Counted from the stretch's first letter, positions 18,869 to 28,933 are shown. The stretch is 64,000 bases of DNA from a bacterium (GCA_021791275.1 JAJYWX010000029.1:14074-78073), one strand, 5' to 3'. Notes: generated by a model from the sequence alone, not told the origin. Numbers and translations: made by a program.

Positions 18869-20704
18869 TTACTGTTTTATTATTGTTATAAATTCATTGA
18901 TATTTAAGATTTCTGTATAATTTAAATCTGATCTCCAGTTTATATTCAATATCCAATCTTTATTTTTTTTATACTCACTTATTTCTTTTTCTCCAATGAC
19001 TATTTTAGCAGGTATCTTTTCTAAGGATGCATTTCTTATCTTTTTTGATATGCTCTCATCTTTCAAGTCTACTTCAGATCTAATTCCATTACATTTTAAA
19101 ATATCATTAATTTGTTTTGATTCAGGAATATATTTATCTGATACTGGAAGTATTTTTACCTGTACAGGTGAAAATCTCAAAGGAAAATTCCCACTAGTCT
19201 GTTCAATAAAAAATCCAATAAATCTTTCATAGGAACCTAAGAGTGATCTATGAATCACTATTGGGGTATCACTCTCTCCTTTATTGTTAATATAGGTAAG
19301 TCCCATCCTGTGAGGTATTACATTGTCAATTTGTACTGTTGCTATAGTATCTTCCTTATTTTCGATATTCTTTATTTGTACATCAAGTTTTGGTCCATAA
19401 AAAGCTGCATCACCAATACCCTCGTAATATTGAGATTTAGTCTCTTCTAATCCTTCTTTTATTATTTGTGCAGAAAAATCCCAATCTTTCTTATCTCCAA
19501 GGAATTTTTCTTTATTAAAATCTGGTAAAGATAGTCTAAAATAGTAATTTTTTATATTCATTTCTTGATAAACTTCTTGAAATAGATTTATTACTTTTAT
19601 AAACTCTTCTTTTAAATTTTCTCTACTAGTATATATATGTGCATCGTTTTGAGTCAAAGGACCCCTTACTCTTATTAATCCTGATAATGTTCCAGATCTT
19701 TCATATCTGTATAAAGGAGAATCTTCAGCTATTTTTATTGGAAGATCTTTATAACTTCTGACTTCACTTTTATATACTAAATGATGAAAAGGACAATTCA
19801 TAGGTTTTACGTAAAATATATTCTTTTCCTTATCAATAATTTTGTACATGTCATCTGAGTAAAAATATTTATGTCCAGAAAGTTCAAATAGTTTTTCATT
19901 AGTGATTATTGGTGTTGATACATAGATATAACCTAATTTATCTTGCTTTTCTCGCATATATTCAATCAATAATTTTTTTAATATCTCTCCTTTGGGAAGA
20001 AATATTGGAAGTCCCTGGCCTACTTCATCAAAAAATGTAAAAATTTTTAATTTTTGCCCAATTATTCTATGATCATTTTTTCTTCTCTCTTCTCTATCCT
20101 TAAGATAATCATCCAATTCTTTTTTGGTATTAAAACAAGCGGCATATATTCTTGTAAGCATTGGGTTTTTTTCATCACCTCTAAAATATGCCCCAGCTAT
20201 AGATACCAGTTTAAACTCTCCTATTTCTGAAAAACTATCTACATGCCCACCTCTGCATAAGTTTATAAAATCTCCTGATTTATAAAAAGTTACTGTGTCA
20301 TTAGATTCTTTTTTATTTTTCTTATCCATATCCTTTTTTACAGTAGATCCAAATGTTTCGATATCATTTAAAAGTGAAAGTGAATAAATTTGTTTATTAT
20401 CATTCAAAAATTTTTTTGCTTCAGATATAGTCATTTCGACTTTTTCAAATTTATAATTGTCTTTTTTTAATTTTTTCATTTCCTTCTCTATTCTTGGAAG
20501 GTCAGATTCTGTTATTTTTATATCTCCAAAGTCGAAGTCATAGTAGAATCCATAGTCAATAGATGGCCCTATAGCAAATTTAACATTTGGATATAAATTT
20601 TGAACTGCATATGCTAAAAGATGTGCTCCCGAGTGGCGCATATCGTCTAATTTAGAGTTTTTCATATCTTCTTCTTTCAAATCTTTTAAATAAAAAATAA
20701 GCAA
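18869..20704 (-). CDS. thrS: Threonyl-tRNA synthetase
   Basis: It has class II core motifs and HRSLLGSYERFIGFFIE, with a C-terminal anticodon-binding domain. The true start is probably the internal Met near 20665, because the first 13 codons overlap the DedA gene's 3' end. Confidence 0.9.
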   Translation of the reverse strand: MLIFYLKDLKEEDMKNSKLDDMRHSGAHLLAYAVQNLYPNVKFAIGPSIDYGFYYDFDFGDIKITESDLPRIEKEMKKLKKDNYKFEKVEMTISEAKKFLNDNKQIYSLSLLNDIETFGSTVKKDMDKKNKKESNDTVTFYKSGDFINLCRGGHVDSFSEIGEFKLVSIAGAYFRGDEKNPMLTRIYAACFNTKKELDDYLKDREERRKNDHRIIGQKLKIFTFFDEVGQGLPIFLPKGEILKKLLIEYMREKQDKLGYIYVSTPIITNEKLFELSGHKYFYSDDMYKIIDKEKNIFYVKPMNCPFHHLVYKSEVRSYKDLPIKIAEDSPLYRYERSGTLSGLIRVRGPLTQNDAHIYTSRENLKEEFIKVINLFQEVYQEMNIKNYYFRLSLPDFNKEKFLGDKKDWDFSAQIIKEGLEETKSQYYEGIGDAAFYGPKLDVQIKNIENKEDTIATVQIDNVIPHRMGLTYINNKGESDTPIVIHRSLLGSYERFIGFFIEQTSGNFPLRFSPVQVKILPVSDKYIPESKQINDILKCNGIRSEVDLKDESISKKIRNASLEKIPAKIVIGEKEISEYKKNKDWILNINWRSDLNYTEILNINEFITIIKQ

Positions 20705-21269
20705 TTAATATAACTATCGCTAGTACAGTTATATATGTTAGATTTCTTGTTATACTCTCCAATAAGGGTAGGTTTTTGCCTAAGAAAAAACCTAATAATC
20801 CATAAAAAACTGACCACAATATAGCTCCAGCTATATTGTATATAAAAAATGGTCTATATTCAATTCTATGTATCCCTGCTGTAATTGGAATAAATACCCT
20901 AAATACAGATATAAATCTACCAATTAATATTGATTTGAGACCATATTTCTCAAAGAATTTCTTTGTATATGGGATATATTTGATATTTACTTTTAATGAT
21001 TTATTGAGAAATTTAATAAAATTTTCTCCATAATTTTTACCTATGAAATAGCCAATATTATCCCCTAGAGATGCTGCTATTATAGCTGTTAGTATTACTA
21101 AAAATATATTTATTCTTCCTGGATATTGTGATGCGATTATTGATCCTGTAATTAGAGATGTTTCTCCTGGTAAAGGGACTCCTAGGCATTCTACTAATAT
21201 TAATACTCCTATTATTATATATCCATAACTGAGAATTATTGGAAATAAAGTATGTATATATATTTGCAT
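20652..21269 (-). CDS. DedA family (SNARE-associated / TVP38) membrane protein
   Basis: It is a multi-TM protein with the DedA signature GVPLPGE and the glycine-rich reentrant region (F.GKNYGENF...LGRFISVFRVFIPITAG). Confidence 0.75.
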   Translation of the reverse strand: MQIYIHTLFPIILSYGYIIIGVLILVECLGVPLPGETSLITGSIIASQYPGRINIFLVILTAIIAASLGDNIGYFIGKNYGENFIKFLNKSLKVNIKYIPYTKKFFEKYGLKSILIGRFISVFRVFIPITAGIHRIEYRPFFIYNIAGAILWSVFYGLLGFFLGKNLPLLESITRNLTYITVLAIVILIAYFLFKRFERRRYEKL

Positions 21270-21290
21270 TTATTAGTATATAAAATATAT

Positions 21291-21364
21291 TGGGTTCGAC
21301 AGGATTCGAACCAGTGACCTCAACAATGTCAATGTTGTGCTCTAACCAACTGAGCTACGAACCC
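21291..21364 (-). tRNA. tRNA-Val (anticodon GAC)
   Basis: The reverse complement GGGTTCGTAGCTCAGTTGGTTAGAGCACAACATTGACATTGTTGAGGTCACTGGTTCGAATCCTGTCGAACCCA folds as a cloverleaf with a 7-bp acceptor stem, anticodon loop TTGACAT and a TTCGAAT T-loop. Confidence 0.8.
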
Positions 21365-21378
21365 TCCTAAATATCTAA

Positions 21379-21954
21379 TTATTTAATAACTTTATCTATT
21401 ATTCCGTAATCTTTAGCTTCTTCTGCTGTCATCCAAAAATCTCTATCAACATCCTTGTCAATTTTTGATCTTTTTTGTCCTGTATTTTTTGCAAGTATTG
21501 AATTTAGAGAATCTCTCATTTTAAGTATCCTTCTTGCTGAAATTTCAATATCACTGGCTTGACCTTCAGTTCCTCCATGAGGTTGGTGTATTAATATAGA
21601 AGAGCTTGGTAATGCAAATCTTTTGCCCTTTGCTCCAGAAGATAATATTATTGAGGCCATTGAAGCTGCAACTCCAACTGCAATTGTTGAAACGTCTGGT
21701 GTAATATGGTTCATTGTGTCATAAATTGCCATTCCTGCATCTATTACTCCGCCTGGTGAGTTTATATATAATGAAATATCTTTTTTAGGATCCTCTTTTT
21801 GTAAGAATAGTAATTCAGCAATAACTAAATTTGCCAAATTGTCGTCTATAATATCACCTAGAAATATTATTCTATCTTCAAGAAGTCTTGAATATATATC
21901 ATATACTCTTTCCCCTCTTGGTGTTTTTTCTATTATTGTAGGTATTATTGTCAT
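21379..21954 (-). CDS. clpP: ATP-dependent Clp protease proteolytic subunit
   Basis: [30 protein letters not shown] and the active-site Ser region [11 protein letters not shown] match the ClpP consensus. Confidence 0.9.
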   Translation of the reverse strand: MTIIPTIIEKTPRGERVYDIYSRLLEDRIIFLGDIIDDNLANLVIAELLFLQKEDPKKDISLYINSPGGVIDAGMAIYDTMNHITPDVSTIAVGVAASMASIILSSGAKGKRFALPSSSILIHQPHGGTEGQASDIEISARRILKMRDSLNSILAKNTGQKRSKIDKDVDRDFWMTAEEAKDYGIIDKVIK

Positions 21955-22877
21955 GATTTTGATTTTATTAAATTAATCGCATATTTTAAGCTTTTGTAAT
22001 AACGAATATTGTACACTAACTCTTCTGGATTTATATTTTTAATTTCATCTTTATCCATATTTTGAATTTGCTCATTGATGTCTTCTCTACTTACCTCAAT
22101 CTTATTATTTTTAGCAATATTTTCAGTGAAAATATCAAGTTTTAGCTGATCTATAACTTCTTTTTCTAAATCTTTAATCAATTTTTCTTTATCAATTTTT
22201 GATCTTTTGAAATATTCTTCTGTTGATATTCCCATACTTTTAGCAAATTCGTCTACATTATCTAAGGATTTTTGGATATGCTCTTCTATAAGATATTCTG
22301 GTATTTCATTTTTACTTATTTTTATATTCTCTAATATTTTCTCTATTATTAAGTTGTCATAGATATTTTCTAAGTACCTTTCTTTATTATCTTCTAAATC
22401 TTTTAGAATTTCTTTATTATTATCCTTCTTATATTTCTCTTCTTCTTTTTTAAATTTTTTGTTTATAAGATCCTTTTCTACTTTTATACTGTTTATATCA
22501 AAATTTTCTAATGTGGGTTTTATATAACATGTAATTGTTAAATGGATATCATTATCCTTGTTTACCTTGTCTAAGAACTGTTCATTGAATATTATTCTTA
22601 AAGGATTAATATCATTATCATAAATCAAATCAACGACACTTCTTTGTATTTTTATATAACTTTCTTCGAGTATTTCATTTTTATATCTTTTGAAAATAAG
22701 TTCTTTAGGAGCATTTCCTTTTCTAAATCCTTTTATTTCTTTATTTTTAACAAAATTATTTGTAAAACTATCAATAGTATCATTAACAAAATTTTTATCA
22801 ATTTTTAATTCCAATATTATTTTGGATTTTGAATCTTGTTTTTTTTCTGTAATTTTTATTAATTTATTCTTATTCAT
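21951..22877 (-). CDS. tig: Trigger factor, short form
   Basis: The N-terminal ribosome-binding signature [11 protein letters not shown] (TF GFRKGKVP) is present and the gene sits directly upstream of clpP. At 308 aa the PPIase domain is probably missing. Confidence 0.7.
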   Translation of the reverse strand: MNKNKLIKITEKKQDSKSKIILELKIDKNFVNDTIDSFTNNFVKNKEIKGFRKGNAPKELIFKRYKNEILEESYIKIQRSVVDLIYDNDINPLRIIFNEQFLDKVNKDNDIHLTITCYIKPTLENFDINSIKVEKDLINKKFKKEEEKYKKDNNKEILKDLEDNKERYLENIYDNLIIEKILENIKISKNEIPEYLIEEHIQKSLDNVDEFAKSMGISTEEYFKRSKIDKEKLIKDLEKEVIDQLKLDIFTENIAKNNKIEVSREDINEQIQNMDKDEIKNINPEELVYNIRYYKSLKYAINLIKSKS

Positions 22878-23352
22878 ATAGGTCGTCGTCTATCTTTGTT
22901 TCTAAGTCAGATATGAAATTTTCCTCATTGTCAAAGAAATCTCCGGTATTAATGGGAGCTTCAGAATTTTCAAATCCAGCCTCATCTTCTTCCTCGTCTG
23001 AAGTATTCTTTTTGAGAGGTTTTCCGCATATTGGACAATATTCAGATTCAAGTACATCTTCTTTACAATTACTACATTTAACAACACTAATATCAGAAAT
23101 ATTAGTTTTTGATTTATTTCTTCCTTCTTCTTCTTCTATATCAACTATATTTGTATCATCCTCAGTCTCATCATCAGGTAAGTCAAGCTCTGTATCTATG
23201 CTATCATCAGATGTATCCTCATCTATATCTAGTATATCAACATCTTCTTCTATTGAATTTTCATCCAATTCTATATCCTCATCATTATTTTTAGTTTTTA
23301 TCTTTTTATTTTTACTCATATGTATGTTACTATTAATTAATATCATCTCCAC
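22870..23352 (-). CDS. Highly acidic protein with a C-terminal Zn-ribbon
   Basis: Long D/E-rich stretches are followed by CSNCKEDVLESEYCPICGKP (C..C....C..C). It overlaps the tig start by 8 bp, so it is co-operonic with tig-clpP. Confidence 0.45.
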   Translation of the reverse strand: MEMILINSNIHMSKNKKIKTKNNDEDIELDENSIEEDVDILDIDEDTSDDSIDTELDLPDDETEDDTNIVDIEEEEGRNKSKTNISDISVVKCSNCKEDVLESEYCPICGKPLKKNTSDEEEDEAGFENSEAPINTGDFFDNEENFISDLETKIDDDLYE

Positions 23353-23381
23353 TATAATATATTATAGAAGAAAGGATTTCT

Positions 23382-24017
23382 ATGAATACAATATTATCAA
23401 TTTTTGCTAAATTTATTATACAATCTATTGTCAAGTTTTCATATATAGGTATATTTTTATGGATGCTTCTAGAAAGTTTTAACATACCAATTCCCTCAGA
23501 GTTAGTAATGACATTTTCAGGGTTTCTATCTTATTCTCACACATTAAATATCTATCTAGTTATACTAGTAGGCACTTTGGGTAATGTTTTGGGTTCAGTC
23601 TTGTCATATTATCTTGGTTATTATGGGGGATATCCTTTTTTAGAGAAATATGGAAAGTACATATTTATATCAGATAAAGATATAGTTAGAGCTCATAAAT
23701 GGTTTGAAAGAGATGGAGAGGCTGCAGTTTTTTTTACTAGGGTTCTTCCTGTTTTTAGAACTTTTATATCTCTTCCTGCAGGAATAGCAAAAATGGATAT
23801 AAAGAAATTCATTTTATATACTACCCTTGGGACTCTTATATGGGATATTGTATTATCATTTTTAGGTTATTATTTTGCCTCCAATTGGCAAAAAATTTAT
23901 AAAGTAATAGATAATATATCAATATATTTCTTCATTGCGTTCTTATTAATACTCGCTATTTATTTTTATAAAAAATATAGAGAGAAAAGGAAATCAGCTC
24001 AAAAGTTTATTAAATAA
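23382..24017 (+). CDS. DedA family membrane protein, second paralogue
   Basis: It has the multi-TM architecture and is paralogous to the gene at 20652-21269 and the gene at 52584-53264. Confidence 0.7.
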   Translation: MNTILSIFAKFIIQSIVKFSYIGIFLWMLLESFNIPIPSELVMTFSGFLSYSHTLNIYLVILVGTLGNVLGSVLSYYLGYYGGYPFLEKYGKYIFISDKDIVRAHKWFERDGEAAVFFTRVLPVFRTFISLPAGIAKMDIKKFILYTTLGTLIWDIVLSFLGYYFASNWQKIYKVIDNISIYFFIAFLLILAIYFYKKYREKRKSAQKFIK

Positions 24018-25055
24018 ATGAAGTGTTTCTTTTGCACTTTTTTCCCATGAGTATTTTTCAGCTTCTAGTAATCCTAGTTTTATTAAGTCGTTTTTTCTTT
24101 TTATAGATTCGATTATTCCATCTGCCATATCCATTAAATCATTTGGATTAACCAATATTGCAGCATTTTCGGCAATCTCTTTCATTGCAGAATTATCTGA
24201 AGTCACTACGGCTACCCCACTCGCAAATGCCTCTAATATTGGTAACCCAAATCCCTCCTCCTTTGATATATATAATAGTACATCTGTATTTGCAAAAATA
24301 TCTGCAAGGCGAGTATTAGATACGTATCCTGTTACTAAAACATCTTTTTCTAATCCAAAATCAGTAATGGTTTTCATTAAATTTTCGTAATCATCTCCCT
24401 TCTTACCTACTATTCTTAATTTAGTTTCCCCGAATTTATCTTTTATTATTGGCACAACTTTAACTATATGAGTAAAGTTCTTCCTCTTGTTTATTGTTCC
24501 AAGACAGAGCATATTTAAAGATTTATTTTTTCTTTTTTTAGGGGTATGGTAATACAATTTTTTATCATATGCCTCATATATTACTTCTATTTTGTTTTTT
24601 GAAATATTATAATTTTTTAATATCTCATTTTTTGTAAATTTTGATACTGCAATAACTTTATTGGCATTATGAATAGCATTTTTTATAAAAAATTTCGTAC
24701 TATTTAAGTTTTTCCCCATATATTTGAAAGATAAATCATGAACAGTTATGACTTTTTTTACATCCTTGTTTAAGATTAATGGTAGTGATGGTATTGGAGA
24801 AAAAACTAAATCGATATTGTCATTTTTGATTCTTCTGGGTATACTTCTGTGTAACCAGAATCTTTCATTTTTTAATGAAACTATCCGTATATTTTTATAT
24901 ATATTTTTTAATGGGTGGTTTACGTATACTATGAATTCAAAATTTCCATTTGCTTTATCAAATTCTTTTAATAGATTCTCAGTATAGTTCTCTATTCCAG
25001 TATCCTCCTGGTTTAATATATCTTTAGCTATTATTCCTATCTTGTATTTACTCAT
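23994..25055 (-). CDS. Family 1/4 glycosyltransferase (GT4, retaining)
   Basis: The C-terminal GT-B nucleotide-sugar motif EGFGLPILEAFASGVAVVTSDNSAMKEI (E.FG...LEA...G.PVV) is present. Confidence 0.8.
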   Translation of the reverse strand: MSKYKIGIIAKDILNQEDTGIENYTENLLKEFDKANGNFEFIVYVNHPLKNIYKNIRIVSLKNERFWLHRSIPRRIKNDNIDLVFSPIPSLPLILNKDVKKVITVHDLSFKYMGKNLNSTKFFIKNAIHNANKVIAVSKFTKNEILKNYNISKNKIEVIYEAYDKKLYYHTPKKRKNKSLNMLCLGTINKRKNFTHIVKVVPIIKDKFGETKLRIVGKKGDDYENLMKTITDFGLEKDVLVTGYVSNTRLADIFANTDVLLYISKEEGFGLPILEAFASGVAVVTSDNSAMKEIAENAAILVNPNDLMDMADGIIESIKRKNDLIKLGLLEAEKYSWEKSAKETLHLFNKLLS

Positions 25056-25089
25056 TCAATAAAAGGTTGATATAATGTAGCTTGTAACT

Positions 25090-25161
25090 GGGGGTATAGC
25101 TCAATGGTAGAGCATCAGCCTCTTAAGCTGTTGGTTCTGGGTTCGAATCCCAGTGCCCTCA
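25090..25161 (+). tRNA. tRNA-Lys (anticodon CTT)
   Basis: GGGGGTATAGCTCAATGGTAGAGCATCAGCCTCTTAAGCTGTTGGTTCTGGGTTCGAATCCCAGTGCCCTCA folds with D-stem GCTC/GAGC, anticodon loop CTCTTAA and T-arm CTGGG/TTCGAAT/CCCAG. Confidence 0.7.
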
Positions 25162-25178
25162 ATTATATATAACATATT

Positions 25179-25252
25179 AACACCTAGAGAGATTCGAACT
25201 CTCGACCTTCTCGTTCGAAGCGAGATGCTCTAATCCGCTGAGCTATAGGTGT
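25179..25252 (-). tRNA. tRNA-Arg (anticodon TCG)
   Basis: The reverse complement ACACCTATAGCTCAGCGGATTAGAGCATCTCGCTTCGAACGAGAAGGTCGAGAGTTCGAATCTCTCTAGGTGTT has a perfect 7-bp acceptor stem, anticodon stem TCTCG/CGAGA and loop CTTCGAA. It has an unusual A1:U72 pair and a U discriminator. Confidence 0.65.
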
Positions 25253-25261
25253 TTATTTATT

Positions 25262-25335
25262 TGCTCTCGGCAGGACTCGAACCTGCAGTCTTCTCCTTAG
25301 AAGGGAGTTGCTTTATCCTATTAAGCTACGAAAGC
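25262..25335 (-). tRNA. tRNA-Arg (anticodon TCT)
   Basis: The reverse complement GCTTTCGTAGCTTAATAGGATAAAGCAACTCCCTTCTAAGGAGAAGACTGCAGGTTCGAGTCCTGCCGAGAGCA has acceptor GCTTTCG/CGAGAGC, anticodon loop CTTCTAA and T-arm GCAGG/TTCGAGT/CCTGC. Confidence 0.65.
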
Positions 25336-25342
25336 ACAAATG

Positions 25343-25417
25343 GGTAAATGGTGGGGTTCGAACCCACGACCTACCGCTCCACAGGCAGTCGCTCTGACCA
25401 ACTGAGCTACATTTACC
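25343..25417 (-). tRNA. tRNA-His (anticodon GTG) with genome-encoded G-1
   Basis: The reverse complement G-GTAAATGTAGCTCAGTTGGTCAGAGCGACTGCCTGTGGAGCGGTAGGTCGTGGGTTCGAACCCCACCATTTACC has an extra 5' G before the 7-bp acceptor stem, a C73 discriminator and anticodon loop CTGTGGA. Confidence 0.75.
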
Positions 25418-25454
25418 AATAAACCTAATTCATTTTATCAAAATATAGCTAAAT

Positions 25455-26036
25455 TTAAAAATTTTTCACCATAACCTTATCTCCAATTTTGATATTATTT
25501 TCTAATACATATCTAGGGTTTACTTCTAAAACGTACATAGAATAGTGATTTGGATTATAGATTAAACACTTATCTGATTTACAAGGAATGGCTTTCATTA
25601 TTGATATTATGGCCATATTTTTTGATATAAATAACATATCTAATGGTATTAATGTATTTGCCATCCAAAAAGGATGCTTTTTATAATTTGAAAAGATAAA
25701 TAACATACCCTGATTTATTTTTAGATTTGTATCTTCCATTAATCCTACATCTTGATCATATTGGCTTTTTGCTATATATACATTCAATTTTTTATTTTTA
25801 ACATATACTAAAGTTTTCATCTCACTATTTCTTACTGAATTAGCTTCTGATTGCGTTATCTTTATTGCTCCAGAAGTACTTAGGTATTCATTTTTATTTG
25901 AAGTATTTATATTACTATTGTAATTTTTATCCTTATACAAAAAGAATATGGAGAGAAAAACTATTATAAATAAAGCTGGGTAAATAGAATTTTTTGCTAA
26001 TATATAATAAAAATTATCGTTTTTTTTATCTTTCAT
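25455..26036 (-). CDS. DUF192 (COG1430) family protein, membrane-anchored
   Basis: An N-terminal TM is followed by blocks that match DUF192: VYIAKSQYDQDVGLMEDTNLKINQGMLFIF, HPFWMANTLIPLDMLFIS and YVLEVNPRYV. Confidence 0.6.
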   Translation of the reverse strand: MKDKKNDNFYYILAKNSIYPALFIIVFLSIFFLYKDKNYNSNINTSNKNEYLSTSGAIKITQSEANSVRNSEMKTLVYVKNKKLNVYIAKSQYDQDVGLMEDTNLKINQGMLFIFSNYKKHPFWMANTLIPLDMLFISKNMAIISIMKAIPCKSDKCLIYNPNHYSMYVLEVNPRYVLENNIKIGDKVMVKNF

Positions 26037-26081
26037 GTAGATAATTATAGCAAAAAGTATTTTTATTTTATTTTTGTTATA

Positions 26082-26648
26082 ATGCTTAATATGGTTTTAT
26101 CTGATTATGATATAGAGGAAGAATTAAAAAAAGGAGATTTTTCCATTACTCCATATGATAAATCTTCATTACAACCCTCTTCATATGATTTACATTTAGG
26201 CTCTAAATTTATAGTATTTGATAATCATAATATTGATGTTATTGATGTTAAAATAAAAAATAACAATTTTAGAACTATAGATGTTTCAGAAAAAGGATTC
26301 TTTATGATTCATCCTAATAATTTCGTATTATCTTCAACAATTGAAAAAGTAAAAATGCCTAAATATTTATGTGGCAGAATTGAGGGTAAGTCTTCTATAG
26401 GAAGGCTTGGTTTAATTGTTCATGTTACTGCAGGCTACATAGATCCCGGATTTGATGGAACGTTAACATTGGAAATGTTTAATCTCTCTTCTGTTCCAAT
26501 AAAAATTTATCCTGATATGAAAATTGCACAGTTGTCTTTATTACTTTTAAAAACCCCTTCAAAGAAATCTTATGGGGAGTATGGAAATAAATATCAAGGG
26601 CAGATTGATCCGAAGGAAAGTATGTTTTGGAAAAATTTTGAGGAATAG
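26082..26648 (+). CDS. dcd: dCTP deaminase (dUTPase superfamily)
   Basis: The N-terminal ILSD.DI...L..G...I.P....QLQPSSYDL.LG pattern is matched by MVLSDYDIEEELKKGDFSITPYDKSSLQPSSYDLHLG, and the gene is 188 aa. Confidence 0.85.
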   Translation: MLNMVLSDYDIEEELKKGDFSITPYDKSSLQPSSYDLHLGSKFIVFDNHNIDVIDVKIKNNNFRTIDVSEKGFFMIHPNNFVLSSTIEKVKMPKYLCGRIEGKSSIGRLGLIVHVTAGYIDPGFDGTLTLEMFNLSSVPIKIYPDMKIAQLSLLLLKTPSKKSYGEYGNKYQGQIDPKESMFWKNFEE

Positions 26649-26669
26649 TCTTATTTAAATATATAAATT

Positions 26670-27773
26670 TCACTTATCCCAATCTAAATAAGACTTAATG
26701 GAATTTGAAATTCTTATATTTGCATCTTTAGGAATGTCTATATTCACATCATCTTTGATACTTAATAATTGTTCAATATCAGTAGTTAAATCTTCAAAAT
26801 TAAGATTTTTTTCTTCAATAATTAATATCTTATTAGAAGTATTTTTAGCTATTAATGCGTTATATTTTTGATCATCTTTTGCTCCAATTTCTAAGGGGAC
26901 TAAAATTGCTTTTTTATTTAATAGGAGTATCTCATATACAGTATTTGCTCCTGATCTCCCTATTATAATTTCTGATTTAGAAAAAACTTCTCCAATGGTA
27001 TTTTCATTAATATTATCAAAAGTTAGATATTTATTTTGAACATCTCTATCTAATGATTTTTTTATATTTAATGATTCTTGATAATCTTTTTTACCTGTTT
27101 GATGAATTATATTATATTTTTTGATTAAATCTTTTATTATTTTAAATATAAAGTTGTTTATTATACTAGAACCCTGTCCTCCCCCTGTTATGTATAGTAT
27201 CGTATCGTTAGATTCAAATTTAATAGTATTACTATTCTTTTGAAATATTTCTTTTCTTACTATATTCCCTGTATATATAATATCTTTACTTTTATCTAAA
27301 TATTTTTGGGTCTCAGTCCAAGATATAAATATCTTATTAGCGTATTTAGAGCTAACTTTATCTGAGAGTCCTAATCTAGGGGTTTGTATATGTGTGAAAA
27401 TTTTCTTATTAAAAATTTTTGCACATATTACTATTGGAACAGATACATAACTTCCAAAAGTCATTATTAAATCTGGATTGTATTTTATAATATAATATAT
27501 CGATTGTATAAAACCTAAGGGTATTTTAAGTAAAGATATCAGTCCCTTTATACTAATAAATCTATATATTTTCCCTGTATTTAAAGATAAGAATTTTATA
27601 TTATATTTTTTTGTAAATATATATTCATTAGAAAAATTTTTATCAAATAATATTGTATGCTTTACTCCTACATAGTAGAGATTATAATTTTTATCATTAA
27701 TGAATTCTTCTACAATGGCTTGTGCAGGAGTAAAATGCCCTCCGACTATAAATATTGTTTTTTTATTTTGCAT
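26670..27773 (-). CDS. murG: Undecaprenyldiphospho-muramoylpentapeptide beta-N-acetylglucosaminyltransferase (MurG)
   Basis: The GT28 N-terminal motif IFIVGGHFTPAQAI (GGTGGH..PA.A) and the C-terminal ITGGGQGSSIIN (GGSQGA) are present, and it is adjacent to SEDS genes. Confidence 0.8.
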   Translation of the reverse strand: MQNKKTIFIVGGHFTPAQAIVEEFINDKNYNLYYVGVKHTILFDKNFSNEYIFTKKYNIKFLSLNTGKIYRFISIKGLISLLKIPLGFIQSIYYIIKYNPDLIMTFGSYVSVPIVICAKIFNKKIFTHIQTPRLGLSDKVSSKYANKIFISWTETQKYLDKSKDIIYTGNIVRKEIFQKNSNTIKFESNDTILYITGGGQGSSIINNFIFKIIKDLIKKYNIIHQTGKKDYQESLNIKKSLDRDVQNKYLTFDNINENTIGEVFSKSEIIIGRSGANTVYEILLLNKKAILVPLEIGAKDDQKYNALIAKNTSNKILIIEEKNLNFEDLTTDIEQLLSIKDDVNIDIPKDANIRISNSIKSYLDWDK

Positions 27774-28893
27774 TATGTTTACTATTTATACTAAGTACGA
27801 TACCTATAGAAGTAAGAAGTGCTATAACTGAACTTCCGCCATAACTTATCAGTGGTAAAGGTACTCCAGTCAGAGGTATTACTCCGATATTTGCAGCTAT
27901 ATTTATAAATGCTTGTATTCCTATCCAAGCAGCTATTCCTGTAGCAACTAATTTACCAAAATAGTCATCTGTATTAGTGGCAACTTTCAATATTAGATAT
28001 ATTAGATATAGATATAGAGCTATAAGTACAAGTGCACCTATTAAACCTAATTCTTCAGCTATGATTGCGAATATAGAATCTGTTATTGCTGTATTCCCAA
28101 CTAAATATTGATTTTTTTGAATTGATTGGGTAAACCCTACTCCAGTTAATCCTCCAGTTCCTATGGCTATAAGAATTTGGTGAACTTGATAGCCTGATCC
28201 TAAATTAGTACTAGTACTATGATTCCCTTTTAAATATGTTAAGAGTCTTTGTAATCTATATGGTTCTATTATTATTGAAATAATTCCTAATCCCAAATAA
28301 GTTAATGATGTAATTATAAAATCTATTACGAAGAAATTATTATTGTCATTTGCAAACAATATAAAAATAGATATAGAAACTATTATTATTGTAGTTCCCA
28401 TATCTTTTTCTATTAATATCATTCCCGCTATAACCATGGTTATTATTAAATAAGGAATTAGGAAATTTTTTATATTATCTTTTGTATCCTTTATTAGTAG
28501 TGATTTTTTTTCTTGAAATTTTGTAAGCCAAGCTGAAATATATAATATAAAGAATAGTTTGGCAAATTCTGAAGGTTGGAAACTAGTTACCCCAAATAAA
28601 CTAATCCATCTTTGTGATCCATTAATTTTAGATGAGAAGAAATAAACAATAAAAAGAAATATAATAGTTACCGTTATAAGAAAAAATGAATAGTTTTTTA
28701 ATTTCTTATAATCAAATTTATACATTATAAATGCAGCTATGCTACCTATTACCATCCATATAGATTGCAACATTATATAATGATATCTTTGTGCCACAAG
28801 CCCCATTGATCCATCAAAAACCATTATCAAACCGAATATTGCCAGGATTATGGTCGTAATAACTATCTTTTTATTTAAACTCTGAGTTTGCAT
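27763..28893 (-). CDS. SEDS family peptidoglycan polymerase (FtsW/RodA); adjacency to murG suggests FtsW
   Basis: It has 10 TMs and the conserved C-terminal GVIPLTGVPLPLISYGGSS. Confidence 0.8.
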   Translation of the reverse strand: MQTQSLNKKIVITTIILAIFGLIMVFDGSMGLVAQRYHYIMLQSIWMVIGSIAAFIMYKFDYKKLKNYSFFLITVTIIFLFIVYFFSSKINGSQRWISLFGVTSFQPSEFAKLFFILYISAWLTKFQEKKSLLIKDTKDNIKNFLIPYLIITMVIAGMILIEKDMGTTIIIVSISIFILFANDNNNFFVIDFIITSLTYLGLGIISIIIEPYRLQRLLTYLKGNHSTSTNLGSGYQVHQILIAIGTGGLTGVGFTQSIQKNQYLVGNTAITDSIFAIIAEELGLIGALVLIALYLYLIYLILKVATNTDDYFGKLVATGIAAWIGIQAFINIAANIGVIPLTGVPLPLISYGGSSVIALLTSIGIVLSINSKHNAK

Positions 28894-28933
28894 ATATAAT
28901 TTATAGCATATTTCTATATATGCACGGAAGTAT

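Noticed and set aside
25056-25454. Integrated element at the tRNA cluster
   Set aside because: There is no integrase, recombinase or direct repeat of a tRNA 3' end. The flanking genes are ordinary (GT4, DUF192, dcd).
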